Positions 8,320-17,911 of a stretch of 64,000 nucleotides of DNA are shown here, one piece after another. The translations under genes were made by a program, and so were the position numbers. The notes under the pieces are model-generated. The model saw only the letters and a list, made by a program, of their open reading frames with translations. It searched no databases and was not told the DNA's origin. Position 1 is the stretch's first letter; each line of letters begins with the position of its first letter. The stretch comes from a virus (Duplodnaviria > Caudoviricetes): IMG/VR virus record IMGVR_UViG_2898597404_000001, positions 1 through 64,000 of that record; one strand, given 5' to 3'.

Positions 8320-9669
8320 ATGGATTCCCCTAGGGAGTACAAGACCCATCGGCCGTCCGGCCAGAAGGCGCCTCCCCTGGTCCTCCTCGAAGGCGGGGAG
8401 AAGACGGGGAAGAGCTACAAGGCGGCCGAGTTCACCGGCTCGGACCGGCTGAGCCGGTCGTTCTGGATCGAGTTCGGCGAGGTCACCGCCGAGGAGTACG
8501 GCAAGGTGCCCGGCGCGAACTACGAGATCGTCGAGTGGGACGGCACCTACGCCGACCTGTACGGCGCGATCCAGTGGGTCCACGGCAGGGCGCAGGCCGC
8601 CCGCGCGGCGGGTGAGAAGCCGGTGAGCCTGACCATCGACACCATGTCCGCGGAGTGGGAGCTGCTGCGCGGCTGGGTGAACAACCGGGCCCGCGCGGCG
8701 AGGTTCAACAGGGAGAAGCTGGAGGCCGATCCGGACGCCGAGATCGTGATCTTCCCGAACCTGTGGAACGACGCGAACGACCGCGACTCGGCGATCATGC
8801 GGCTCCTCATGACCTTCCCCGGCATCGTGATCATGATCTGCCGGGGCAAGAAGGTCGCCGCGTTCGACGAGGCCACCGGGCGGCCCATCGAGGGCCGGAC
8901 GGACTACCGGGTCGAGGGCAACAAGCTGATCGCGTCCCGCGCCTCGTGCTGGGTGCGCCTGTCCCTGGACGAGCCGCCCAAGCTCATCGGCTGCCGGAAG
9001 GTCCCCGGCGGGATCGTGCCCGGCGTCAACAAGCCGAAGACGCTCAAGAAGACCTGGACGCTGGAACAGGTGATCTTCGAGGAGCTCGGCTACGACCCGG
9101 AGGCCTCGCAGGTCCCCAACCTGGTCTCCCCGAAGCCGGAGCGGCCGCCGGAGGACATCGCCGCCGACGCCCTGGCGCCCGGCGCCTCCCTGTCCAGGCT
9201 CTGCGAGCTGTGGGAGGAGGGCAGGCGCTCCCGCTACGGGTCGGTCACCGTCTCGAACGAGAACGGGCAGGAGGAACTGCTCCCGCACCTGCTCAAGCGG
9301 AAGATCGACGAGCACAAGGGCGTGCGCGTCAGCGCGGCCCAGATCCAGCGGATGGAAGCCCTCTGGCCGAAGGTCCCGCTGTCCGACGCCGGGGAGCGGG
9401 CCTCGTTCGTGCGGGAGGTCGTCGGCCGCCCGGTGAACGGGCCGAACGACCTGACCGGTGCCGAGATGGAGCAGCTCATCGCGCGGCTCGACGCGTGGGC
9501 GCAGCAGGAGACCCCGCCCCAGGCCGGCCACGAGCCGGACGGTTCGCCCGACGGCGAGAAGCCGCCCGCCGAGCCGGGCGGGGGCGACGTCGGCCCCGGC
9601 GAGGACGCCCTCGACGAGGACGACCTGGACGACGGCGACCGGTACACCGCGCCCTGGACGGCGGCCTGA
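8320..9669 (+). CDS. AAA-family P-loop ATPase (Sak4-like recombination protein)
   Basis: Walker A GGEKTGKS, Walker B LTIDT, acidic C-terminus. Confidence 0.7.
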   Translation: MDSPREYKTHRPSGQKAPPLVLLEGGEKTGKSYKAAEFTGSDRLSRSFWIEFGEVTAEEYGKVPGANYEIVEWDGTYADLYGAIQWVHGRAQAARAAGEKPVSLTIDTMSAEWELLRGWVNNRARAARFNREKLEADPDAEIVIFPNLWNDANDRDSAIMRLLMTFPGIVIMICRGKKVAAFDEATGRPIEGRTDYRVEGNKLIASRASCWVRLSLDEPPKLIGCRKVPGGIVPGVNKPKTLKKTWTLEQVIFEELGYDPEASQVPNLVSPKPERPPEDIAADALAPGASLSRLCELWEEGRRSRYGSVTVSNENGQEELLPHLLKRKIDEHKGVRVSAAQIQRMEALWPKVPLSDAGERASFVREVVGRPVNGPNDLTGAEMEQLIARLDAWAQQETPPQAGHEPDGSPDGEKPPAEPGGGDVGPGEDALDEDDLDDGDRYTAPWTAA

Positions 9670-9708
9670 CCGGCTGCCCCTGACCTACGAACGAGAAGGA
9701 GCACGAGC

Positions 9709-10335
9709 ATGAACATCAAGGAGATGGCGCTGCGGCTGGCCCTGCAGCAGGCCGTGTCGGAGGCGTCGACGGCCAGCTACAAGCGGGCCCGCACCGAGGC
9801 CGAGCCCGTGTTCGCGAAGGCGTACCGGGAGATGGGCACCGAGTCGCTCGGTGTGTGGCTGCCGGGCGGCCCGAAGATCGCGAAGATCAGCATCAAGGGC
9901 GGCAAGGTCACGTACCGGCTGCACGAGGCGGAGCTGCTCGCGTTCGTGGAGCGGCACCAGCCGAGCGAGGTCGAGGAGTTCATCGACCCGGTGGAGGCGA
10001 CCCGCCCGGAGGTCCTGGAGCTGATCCGGGAGCACCGGCCGGACATCCTGCGGCGGCGGGTGCGCCCGGTCTGGCACGAGGCGAAGGCGAAGGAGGCCGC
10101 GGAGAACGGCGGCTACCTGGTGGACCCGGAGTCCGGGGAGAAGGTCAAGGTCGCCGACGTGACGGTGCATCCGCCGTCCGGGGAGTTCGCGTTCACGCCG
10201 GACAAGGGGAAGCGCGGCGAGGTGCTGGCGGCCCTCCGGGACCCGGCGCTCGCGGAGCAGGCGGGGGTCGCGGATCTGCTGTCGCTGCTCGGCGTGGATG
10301 ACGGGGCCGCCGGGGAGTCCGGCGGCGAGCGGTAG
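9709..10335 (+). CDS. Hypothetical phage protein
   Basis: RBS AAGGAG, codon usage. Confidence 0.75.
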   Translation: MNIKEMALRLALQQAVSEASTASYKRARTEAEPVFAKAYREMGTESLGVWLPGGPKIAKISIKGGKVTYRLHEAELLAFVERHQPSEVEEFIDPVEATRPEVLELIREHRPDILRRRVRPVWHEAKAKEAAENGGYLVDPESGEKVKVADVTVHPPSGEFAFTPDKGKRGEVLAALRDPALAEQAGVADLLSLLGVDDGAAGESGGER

Positions 10336-10351
10336 GGGCTGTGGCCCTGAT

Positions 10352-10522
10352 GCCCGCGCGGGGGCTTCGTACCCGCGACTTCCCGAAAGTCGACTCGCGC
10401 CCGCGCGGGGGCTTCGTGCCCGCGACGATCAGTTGGCCAGTGCAGTGCCCGCGCGGGGGCTTCGTACCCGCGACACCAGATGAGCACCTATCGCGCCTGA
10501 GCTGGGGCTTCGTACCGGCGGC
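10352..10522 (+). repeat. Mini-array: four copies of the 28-nt structured repeat
   Basis: Copies at 10352, 10399, 10447 and 10495 (GCCCGCGCGGGGGCTTCGTACCCGCGAC type). Confidence 0.9.
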
Positions 10523-10538
10523 ACCTGAACGGCTTCCG

Positions 10539-10599
10539 TCCCTGAATTTGGCCTCTCGCATTGACATAGGCACTGATATAGGCCAAACTTAGGGACATA
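10539..10599 (+). promoter_or_regulatory. Phage promoter/operator copy 2 plus upstream partial site
   Basis: TCCCTGAATTTGGCCT, then TTGACA-N17-CAAACT-TAGGGACATA. Confidence 0.8.
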
Positions 10600-10624
10600 A
10601 GCCACTCAGTCAGCGGGAGCGCAC

Positions 10625-12106
10625 ATGTCAGCGGCGAAACCACCCACACCGGAACAGGCGGAGATCATCGACGCCTACCGGACCGGCGAGGACCTCGTGG
10701 TCGAGGCAGGGGCCGGCACCGGCAAGACCACCACGCTCAAGTACCTCGCGAACGAGAAGCCCAACCGCAGGGGCCTCTACATCGCCTACAACAAGGCGAT
10801 CGCCAGGGACGCGTCGGCTGACTTCCCCCGGAACTCCTCCTGCTCGACCGCGCACGCCCTCGCCTTCCGCGCGGTGGGCCACCGCTTCAAGCACAGGCTG
10901 GACGCCCCCCGGATGCCCGCCCGCGAGGTCGCGAAGGCCCTGGGCATCAACGAGCCCCTCAAGCTCGACGGGAAGGTCCTCGCTCCGGCGCACGTGGCGC
11001 GGCTGGTCATGGAGACCGTGGAGCGGTACTGCCGCAGCGCCCACCGCGAGCCGGAGCGCTGGCACGTCCCCAACAAGCCGGGCCTGGACACCCTGGAGGA
11101 CCGGGCCATCCTCCGGCAGGTCTTGGTGCCGCTGGCCCGCAAGGCGTGGGACGACATCAACAACATCGACGGTCGGCTCCGATTCGACCACTCCCACTAC
11201 CTCAAGATGTGGGCCCTGTCCGAGCCGAAGCTGCCCGCCGACTTCGTGATGCTCGACGAGGCCCAGGACGCCAACCCGATCATCGCCTCGATCGTGGACG
11301 GCCAGACCCACGCCCAGCGGATCATGGTCGGCGACCGCAACCAGGCGATCTACGGCTGGAACGGCGCGATCGACGCCATGTCCAAGTTCCAGGGCACGCG
11401 GCTCCAGCTCTCGCAGTCGTTCAGATTCGGGACGCAGATCGCCGCCGAGGCGAACAAGTGGCTGGAGGCGCTCGGCGCGGACCTGCGGCTCCGGGGGTTC
11501 GACCGGATCAGCTCGATGGTCGCCCCGCTCGACGTGCCCGACGCGCTGCTCACGAGGTCCAACTCCGGGGCCATGGAAGCGGCCATCGACTACATGGGCG
11601 AGGGGAAGAAGGTCGCCCTCGTCGGGGACGGGGCCGGGATCAAGAAGCTGGCCGAGGCCGCCATCACGCTCAAGGCGGGCGCCGGGACCGACCATCCCGA
11701 GCTGATCGCGTTCCGCACCTGGGGCGAGGTCCAGCAGTACGCCGAGGAGGACCCCGCCGGGTCGGACCTGCTCACGTTCGTGCGCCTCATCGACGACTGG
11801 GGCCCGGACATGGTCATCGACGCCGTCGACCGGCTCGTCCCCGACCCGGCGGTGCGCGGCAAGCGCAGGCGGGGCCCGGTGATCCAGCCGGACGTGATCA
11901 TCTCCACCGCCCACAAGGCCAAGGGCCGCGAGTGGGACTCGGTGAAGGTGTCCTCCGACTTCCGTGAGCCGAAGAGGGACCCGGAGGAGAACCGGGAGCC
12001 GGAGATCCCCAGGGAGGAGGCGATGCTCGCGTACGTCACCGTCACCAGGGCCAAGCTCACGCTCGACAGGGGCGGCCTGGCCTGGATCGACAACTGGAAG
12101 AAGTAG
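10625..12106 (+). CDS. UvrD-like superfamily 1 helicase
   Basis: AGAGTGKTT, DEAQD, VGDRNQAIYGW, LSQSFRFG, STAHKAKGREWD, YVTVTRA. Confidence 0.92.
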   Translation: MSAAKPPTPEQAEIIDAYRTGEDLVVEAGAGTGKTTTLKYLANEKPNRRGLYIAYNKAIARDASADFPRNSSCSTAHALAFRAVGHRFKHRLDAPRMPAREVAKALGINEPLKLDGKVLAPAHVARLVMETVERYCRSAHREPERWHVPNKPGLDTLEDRAILRQVLVPLARKAWDDINNIDGRLRFDHSHYLKMWALSEPKLPADFVMLDEAQDANPIIASIVDGQTHAQRIMVGDRNQAIYGWNGAIDAMSKFQGTRLQLSQSFRFGTQIAAEANKWLEALGADLRLRGFDRISSMVAPLDVPDALLTRSNSGAMEAAIDYMGEGKKVALVGDGAGIKKLAEAAITLKAGAGTDHPELIAFRTWGEVQQYAEEDPAGSDLLTFVRLIDDWGPDMVIDAVDRLVPDPAVRGKRRRGPVIQPDVIISTAHKAKGREWDSVKVSSDFREPKRDPEENREPEIPREEAMLAYVTVTRAKLTLDRGGLAWIDNWKK

Positions 12107-12172
12107 CCCCCCGGATGCGCCCGCCCCGCATCCGGGCGGGGCGGGCGCCGGGGTCCACGAGAGGACACCGCG

Positions 12173-13027
12173 ATGCGAACGCACACCACGCCCGACGAGG
12201 GCACCCAGGACACGCAGACGACCGCGCACGACGAGCGGCCCGAGGCCCCGGCGGACGAGGGGCCGCAGGGCCGGGCGCCCGAGGAGGCCGCGCAGGACGG
12301 CCCGCAGGACGGCGCGCAGGAGGACGGCGCGCAGCCGGAGGAGGAGGACGTCGAGCGTGAGCGGCCTCCCCGACAGGAGGACCGCACCCGCGCCTGGTAC
12401 GAGCACGAGATCCGGGCGGCGAAGGCCCAGGCCGACATCCTGGCCCTGGCCGTCCACGAGACCCAGAGGCAGTACCGGGCGGCCGTGGCCGACTTCGACG
12501 AGGCGCAGGCCCACCTGGAGGCGGTCCAGCGCGGCTACGCCTACCACCTGCGCAAGGGGCAGGTGCTCCGCCCCCGCGACATCGTGTCGAGCGACAGGGA
12601 GCTGGGGCTGGTGATCGGCGCGTCCGCCGTCGTCCCGGCCGGTACCTCCCCCGAGGACCTCGCCGAGTTCGAGGGCACGATGCGGGCCCTGCGCGAGCAC
12701 GCCGGGTGCCAGATGGGGACCGCGCAGAACCGCAGGCTGATGGGGCCGGTGCCGGTGAACCCGGTCGACTGGCCGGAGAGCGACCGGCCGCAGGGCGGGC
12801 CGGGGCAGCAGGCGGCCGCGTGGCCGCGCCCCCCGCAGGGCCCCCCGCAGCAGCCGTACCCGCTGGCCGGCAGCCAGGCCCTCCCGGCGCCGACCCCGCC
12901 GCGCGGCCCGTCCGCCCAGCCCGCCCAGCCCGCCCAGCCCGAGCCGGTGGAGCCGCTCACGGGGCCGGAGAGCGACACCGCGAACGGGCACGGTGAAGCC
13001 CTGGGAAAAGAGGGTGGCGCGCGGTGA
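12173..13027 (+). CDS. Hypothetical protein (acidic N-terminus, coiled coil, Pro-rich)
   Basis: RBS GAGAGG, codon usage. Confidence 0.65.
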   Translation: MRTHTTPDEGTQDTQTTAHDERPEAPADEGPQGRAPEEAAQDGPQDGAQEDGAQPEEEDVERERPPRQEDRTRAWYEHEIRAAKAQADILALAVHETQRQYRAAVADFDEAQAHLEAVQRGYAYHLRKGQVLRPRDIVSSDRELGLVIGASAVVPAGTSPEDLAEFEGTMRALREHAGCQMGTAQNRRLMGPVPVNPVDWPESDRPQGGPGQQAAAWPRPPQGPPQQPYPLAGSQALPAPTPPRGPSAQPAQPAQPEPVEPLTGPESDTANGHGEALGKEGGAR

Positions 13028-13500
13028 CGGGGCTCATGAGGGGCACGCAGGACCGCTCCAGGAGCTACGCCTCGCGCGCGCTGCGCCAGCACGGTCGGCA
13101 CCGGTCCGAGAGCCGCCCCCGGTGGGGCCTGTTCTCCCGGTTCTCGGCGGCCGCGTCGGTGATGCTGATCGCCCTCGGCGGCGTGACCGTGTGGCAGGGG
13201 GACCGCCCGGAGCGGGTCCGGCTGGACGTCGCGCCCGCCGCCGACGCCCCGGTGGTGCGGTACGTCGCCGAGGTCAGGTCCCAGGGCGGGGCCGCCGGGG
13301 AGCTGCCGAACGGGGAGCTGCTCGGTGCCGGTGAGGCGGTCTGCTCCGGCCTCGCCTCCGCGACCGGCTCCAGCGGCGTGGCCGCACGGCGCGGCCTGAC
13401 CGAGCACGACATGCGGGTGGTGGCCCGCGCGGCCGTGACCCACCTGTGCCCGGAGAAGCGGGGGCAGCTCCGGGGCGGCACGGCGGTGGCGCCCGGATAG
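13024..13500 (+). CDS. Membrane-anchored protein with DUF732-like C-terminus
   Basis: One TM segment, GEAVC...AAVTHLCP. Confidence 0.55.
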   Translation: MTGLMRGTQDRSRSYASRALRQHGRHRSESRPRWGLFSRFSAAASVMLIALGGVTVWQGDRPERVRLDVAPAADAPVVRYVAEVRSQGGAAGELPNGELLGAGEAVCSGLASATGSSGVAARRGLTEHDMRVVARAAVTHLCPEKRGQLRGGTAVAPG

Positions 13501-13685
13501 CCGGGACCACTCGCTGCACGACCCGTGTCCCGCCCGATCACCTCCCGGCGGGCGGGACACGCGGGGCGCTGGCCTGTACGGCACCGCTGGTGCCTGAGCC
13601 GAGCTCGGCCAGCGCCCGCCCGCCCGCCGGGTTCCTTCGGGGGCCCCGGCGGGCGGGCCGCGCTGTCGATCTCCGGGAGGTGCGC

Positions 13686-14018
13686 ATGACCCGAAGGAAA
13701 CCCGTCCAGGAGGTGCCGGAGTGCGAGCGGTGCGGCCAGCGGATCGTCTGGGCCCTGACCCGGCGGGGCCGCTGGCAGCCGCTCGACCCGGAGCCGGACC
13801 CGGGCGGGAGCGTCCTGGCGTACCGGGACGCGCTCGGCGTGCTGCGCGCCCGCTCCCTGGCCTCGGCCGGGGACGGGCCGCGGCATCCGCTGGAGCGCGT
13901 CCACATGCCGCACGCGGCCACCTGCGGGGGGCCGCGTCAGGAAGAGCCGCCCTGGGACCCGGCGAGCGAGCCGGTGGCGTCCACGGGGCGGCGGCGACTT
14001 GGCGAAGGAGAACGATGA
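13686..14018 (+). CDS. Zn-finger hypothetical phage protein
   Basis: CERCGQRIVWA...PLDPEPDPGG...HMPHAATC; RBS GGAGG. Confidence 0.7.
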   Translation: MTRRKPVQEVPECERCGQRIVWALTRRGRWQPLDPEPDPGGSVLAYRDALGVLRARSLASAGDGPRHPLERVHMPHAATCGGPRQEEPPWDPASEPVASTGRRRLGEGER

Positions 14019-14500
14019 GGACCGGAAGACATGCCCAGCCCAGGAGCCGCGTACGCGGCATCGCCGCCGGGACGGCGGCGGCCGTGGCGGCGCTCGCCGT
14101 GGTGTGGGCGGTGAGCCCGGCGGACGGGTCGGGGGAGAAGGGCGGGCTGAGCGGTGCGCGCACCCCGGCCGGCTGCTGTACCGGGGAGCCGGGGGCGACG
14201 TCCTCGGCGGGGTCGGCCGGGGGCGCGTCGGGTTCCCCGAGAGGGGGCGCCGCGCCCGACTCGGTGAAGGGCAGCGGCGCGGCCCCCGCGCTCCCCTCGC
14301 TCCCCGCGCCCCGCAAGCGGGCGAGGAGGCAGCGGCCCGGCTCTGAGCGCAGCCCTGAGCGCAGTGCGCGGCGCACCTCGAGGAGCACCCCGCAGAGCAG
14401 CCCCGGCAGCCCGTCGGACCGCCCCGGTGAGAGCCGGTCCCCGGCACCGTCCGGCGGGTCCGGGTTCCCCCTGTTCCCCGGCATGGGACCGGCGTCGTGA
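14015..14500 (+). CDS. Hypothetical membrane/secreted protein
   Basis: GRHA motif, hydrophobic stretch, low-complexity tail; ATGA overlap. Confidence 0.5.
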   Translation: MRTGRHAQPRSRVRGIAAGTAAAVAALAVVWAVSPADGSGEKGGLSGARTPAGCCTGEPGATSSAGSAGGASGSPRGGAAPDSVKGSGAAPALPSLPAPRKRARRQRPGSERSPERSARRTSRSTPQSSPGSPSDRPGESRSPAPSGGSGFPLFPGMGPAS

Positions 14501-14922
14501 ACGCCGCCGAGACCAGCGCCCCCGGCGGCGACGCGGACGAGGGCGCGGAGGAGGTGCCGGAGGAGGTGACGGCGGACATGGTGCTGGAGGTCACCGCGAT
14601 CACCCGGCCGCGCGCCGAGCGGATCGCGACCTACGCCAACCACCGGTTCTTCGGGCGGCTCAACCGGGTGGACGCGGCGAGGGAGACCGGGGTCCGGAGC
14701 GACCGGACGCGGCAGCGCTACGAGTGGGTGGTCCGGCTGCTGATCACGCGGTTCGGCTTGCCGGAGCCGCCCGGGCCGAGGTCCGGCGGCTACGTCCCCG
14801 ACTTCGACAGGGGCCGCGAGTCGGCGATGCACCTCGCCCACCACGGCGGCGGGCAGGAACGCGGCTGCCGCTACTGCGAGCCGGGCCGGGGAGCGGGACA
14901 AGGGACGAGGGGAGTTCGGTGA
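14497..14922 (+). CDS. Hypothetical protein
   Basis: GTGA overlap, C-terminal H..H..CRYC. Confidence 0.6.
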   Translation: MNAAETSAPGGDADEGAEEVPEEVTADMVLEVTAITRPRAERIATYANHRFFGRLNRVDAARETGVRSDRTRQRYEWVVRLLITRFGLPEPPGPRSGGYVPDFDRGRESAMHLAHHGGGQERGCRYCEPGRGAGQGTRGVR

Positions 14923-14960
14923 GTGGTGGTGCGCTACGACGGGAAAGGGGCCGTCCCGCA

Positions 14961-14985
14961 GGGGGGCAACCTGGGGTTGCCCCCC
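14961..14985. promoter_or_regulatory. Palindrome GGGGGCAACC-N3-GGTTGCCCCC, copy 1
   Basis: Same arms recur at 40546 and within 61726-61756. Confidence 0.7.
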
Positions 14986-15074
14986 AATTGGCGCTCTTCC
15001 GCTCGCCGGGGGATCACCCTTGCCGCGTGCCCTCGGGGCCTCTGCGTCGCCCTCGGGGCCGCAGGAAGGATGCC

Positions 15075-15488
15075 GTGAGCGGGCGCCTCGTCGGGGACGT
15101 GATCGAGTGGCTCCAGACCCCCGCCGCGGCCGGGGTCGGCGACAACGAGGCCCTGGTCCTGATCACGATCGCCGACCGGGTCCTGTCCGAGGAGACCCGC
15201 GAGATGCGCCGGTTCAAGGGCGACCAGTGCAGCCTGCACCAGCGGATCTGCCGGGTCCTCGGGGTCACCCCCAAGGGGCTCCGGCCGGTCCTGCAGAAGC
15301 TCGCGCGGCGGGGGCTGGAGGTGCGGGTCGAGATCGGCCGGGATCGCCTGGGCCGCCCGATCTACGCGCGCCGGGGGCACGCGATGGGGTTCCGGCTCCC
15401 GGAGCTCCCGGCGTCGGTGCGGCTCCCGGAACGCGAGGACGAGGCGGAGCAGGAGGACGGGCCGGGTGGGCTGGCCGCCTGTGGATGA
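15075..15488 (+). CDS. Putative replication initiator (HTH-like), possibly truncated
   Basis: RBS AGGAAGG; LVLITIAD..HTH-like segment; lies immediately before iterons. Confidence 0.55.
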   Translation: MSGRLVGDVIEWLQTPAAAGVGDNEALVLITIADRVLSEETREMRRFKGDQCSLHQRICRVLGVTPKGLRPVLQKLARRGLEVRVEIGRDRLGRPIYARRGHAMGFRLPELPASVRLPEREDEAEQEDGPGGLAACG

Positions 15489-15532
15489 ACGCTCCGGCCG
15501 CCCTGTGGACGGGCCGCCCCCCGCCCGGAGAA

Positions 15533-15840
15533 AGGGGCCCTCCACAGCGGCCCCTTTCTCCGTTAGGGGCCCTCCCCAGTGGCCCCTAACCGGATTTAGG
15601 GGCCCTCCACGGAAGCCCCTAACTCGGCGAAAGGGGCCCTCCACGGAAGCCCCTAAGTCGAGTTAGGGGCCCTCCACGCGGGCCCCCTAAGACGTATAGA
15701 AGCACCTACTCAAGCTTTGACCGTTAAGTACAACTGCACGTCTACAAGAAACTGCACCAAACACAAATTACTGTCATCACACCTAAAGGTGGAAGGTGCC
15801 GACTACGCGGAAAACTCGGACAAAAAGCGTGTGGACAATT
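15533..15840. repeat. Putative replication origin: five iterons, AT-rich tract, DnaA box
   Basis: AGGGGCCCTCC at 15533, 15565, 15598, 15632, 15665; AT-rich 15690-15830; TGTGGACAA at 15830. Confidence 0.75.
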
Positions 15841-15912
15841 CAGCTCGGCGGACACGCACACCCCGCGTCCGGTTGCCGCGCCCGGCGCCCTCCGCCTCCA
15901 GGAGGGGGAGCC

Positions 15913-16086
15913 ATGATCGTCGCCCTGGTCGAGGTCCGGAGCTTCGCGGCCGGGTTCTGGGTGGGCGCCGCCGTCGGGGCGAGCGCGGTGCTCACCGCGT
16001 GCGTCCCGCTGGCGCGCCGCCGCGCCGCCGCGCGCCTCGCGCAGGCGGGGCCCGTGCGGGACGCGGGCGGGACGGAGGGGGAGTGA
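15913..16086 (+). CDS. Small membrane protein
   Basis: RBS GGAG, single hydrophobic helix. Confidence 0.5.
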   Translation: MIVALVEVRSFAAGFWVGAAVGASAVLTACVPLARRRAAARLAQAGPVRDAGGTEGE

Positions 16087-16156
16087 GCGCGCGGGGCCGG
16101 TCACGACCGGCCCCGCAGGGCGGGGGCCGGTCGAGCGGCGGTCGGGGAGCGGTGCG

Positions 16157-16756
16157 TCAGTCGCGCGGGGAGGGGATGCCGGCCTTGCGCCACAACTGCC
16201 GGATCCGCTCGCGCTGGTACCCGCTGGCGTCGGAGACCAGGCCCTGCGGCACGTGGGTCCGGCCGCAGTCGAGCAGGGCCGCGCTGAACGCCTTCTCGTT
16301 CTCGGCGATCTGCGCGGCCAGGGTCTCGATGCGGCGGAGGATCTTCTGCTGCTCGTCGCTGAGCTGGAGGTGGCCGGTCCCGCCGGGGAGGGTGGGGACG
16401 TCCGCGGCCTTCCAGATCTTCCAGATCTTGTTCTTGCTGAGGCGGCTTGACTCGATCACGCGCTGGCGCGGTACGACGGCGACCCCGGCTTCGACGATCG
16501 CGACCTCGAAGGCCAGGGTGAGCCGCTCCTGCTCGGCGGCGGCCCGCACCAGTCGCTCGTGCGCCTCGTTCTGCTCGGGGGTGAGGGTGACGGGTCGGCG
16601 TCCTGGACGGGGACCGGGACGTGCCGCCATCCCGACCTCCCGGACAATTTGGACCTTCGCAGGTACGCCTCGCGCGACCGGCGGAGCCTTGCCCGCCCGG
16701 CCGCGTCCCTTCGCGCCGATGTTCGCACGGGCCCCTCTGTCTCGCAAGTAGGCCAT
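16157..16756 (-). CDS. DNA-binding protein with two tandem HTH-like units
   Basis: VPRQRVIESSRLSKNKIWKIWK / VPQGLVSDASGYQRERIRQLWR duplication. Confidence 0.6.
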   Translation of the reverse strand: MAYLRDRGARANIGAKGRGRAGKAPPVARGVPAKVQIVREVGMAARPGPRPGRRPVTLTPEQNEAHERLVRAAAEQERLTLAFEVAIVEAGVAVVPRQRVIESSRLSKNKIWKIWKAADVPTLPGGTGHLQLSDEQQKILRRIETLAAQIAENEKAFSAALLDCGRTHVPQGLVSDASGYQRERIRQLWRKAGIPSPRD

Positions 16757-16799
16757 AGCTGGTGTCCATCCCTTCTGTCCTCATTGTGGGCATGTCACG

Positions 16800-16838
16800 T
16801 TGACTATGACTCTAGATTATGCCAAACTTAGGGACATA
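16800..16838 (+). promoter_or_regulatory. Phage promoter/operator copy 3
   Basis: TTGACT-N17-CAAACT-TAGGGACATA. Confidence 0.8.
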
Positions 16839-16869
16839 AGCAAGGTACGAAACACGCACGGGAGAGGCC

Positions 16870-17256
16870 ATGCCACGCACCCCCCAGCACACCGCGCGAC
16901 CCCGCATGCGCGTGAACCGGTACCCCGGCACCTGCAAGGACTGCGGCACGCACGTCCCGCGCCTGGCCGGCATCGCGCTCAAGGCGCCCGGCGAGCCCTG
17001 GCGGGTCGCCTGCGCCGACCACGCTGGCGAGACCCACGGCCTCCTCAACCCCTGGCGTGACGACCATCACGGCAAGGAGACCGGCTACGTCGGCGGCGAG
17101 TACACCCACCGCCACGCCCGCGCCCTCGTCGACCGCGAGTACCGCGACACCGACATGTACTCCGCCCCCTGCTCCTGCGGCGGCCGCCGCTGGGTCCGCG
17201 CCACCGTCGGCACCGTCGTGTGCCCCGACTGCGGCGGCGTCGGCTACGAGCACTGA
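16870..17256 (+). CDS. Cys-rich hypothetical protein
   Basis: NRYPGTCKDCG, CSCG and CPDCGG motifs. Confidence 0.7.
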   Translation: MPRTPQHTARPRMRVNRYPGTCKDCGTHVPRLAGIALKAPGEPWRVACADHAGETHGLLNPWRDDHHGKETGYVGGEYTHRHARALVDREYRDTDMYSAPCSCGGRRWVRATVGTVVCPDCGGVGYEH

Positions 17257-17285
17257 CCCCGACCCGACCCCGAACAGGAAGAGCC

Positions 17286-17630
17286 ATGGAGACCGAGAAG
17301 TTCCCAGGGTTGACCGACTGGCCGGACGAGCTGGTCGCCGTCCGCCACCCGCTCGGCACCCGAGCCCTCGCGGCGGCCCGCCGCTACCAGTGGGCGGGAG
17401 AGCAGCGCCAGCGCGCCGTCGCAGAGCTGCTCCGCGCGATCGACATGAACAAGAACCCCATCGCGATCCGTCACGCCCGGCTCGTCGAGCGCAACTGGGA
17501 CGACCGCCTCCGGAGGATCGAGGACCAGGTCTGGCCGCTCATCGACCGGATGTGGGGGACCGACCGCGAGCTCTGCTACCGCGTCAGCTCCTACATCTTC
17601 GGCGGCGGAGACGCGGAGCCGGGCCGGTGA
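17286..17630 (+). CDS. Hypothetical protein
   Basis: RBS AGGAAG before ATG 17286. Confidence 0.65.
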   Translation: METEKFPGLTDWPDELVAVRHPLGTRALAAARRYQWAGEQRQRAVAELLRAIDMNKNPIAIRHARLVERNWDDRLRRIEDQVWPLIDRMWGTDRELCYRVSSYIFGGGDAEPGR

Positions 17631-17911
17631 GCGCCCCCGACCTGCCCCCCGGCCTGCCTGACGACCTGCCCGACGACACCGGGCACCACACCTGGCAGCG
17701 CATCCACGCCGCCCGCGAACGCGTCCGCGACAGCGCCACGGAGCGGGGCTCCCTCACCTGGCCCCTCGTCCTCCTCGAACGCGTCTACGCCGCGCTCGCG
17801 GCCCGCCCCGGCGACCTCGCCGAGATGCTCGACAAGGTCGCCGACACCGCCGCCGCCTGGGCGGACGCGGTCCGCCGCAGAGACGCGGCCGGTCCCGAGG
17901 GGCGGCCGTGA
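17627..17911 (+). CDS. Degenerate MazG-like helical protein
   Basis: LTWPLVLLERVYAALA...AEMLDKVADTAAAWADAV resembles phage MazG-like proteins but lacks the acidic residues. Confidence 0.45.
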   Translation: MSAPDLPPGLPDDLPDDTGHHTWQRIHAARERVRDSATERGSLTWPLVLLERVYAALAARPGDLAEMLDKVADTAAAWADAVRRRDAAGPEGRP

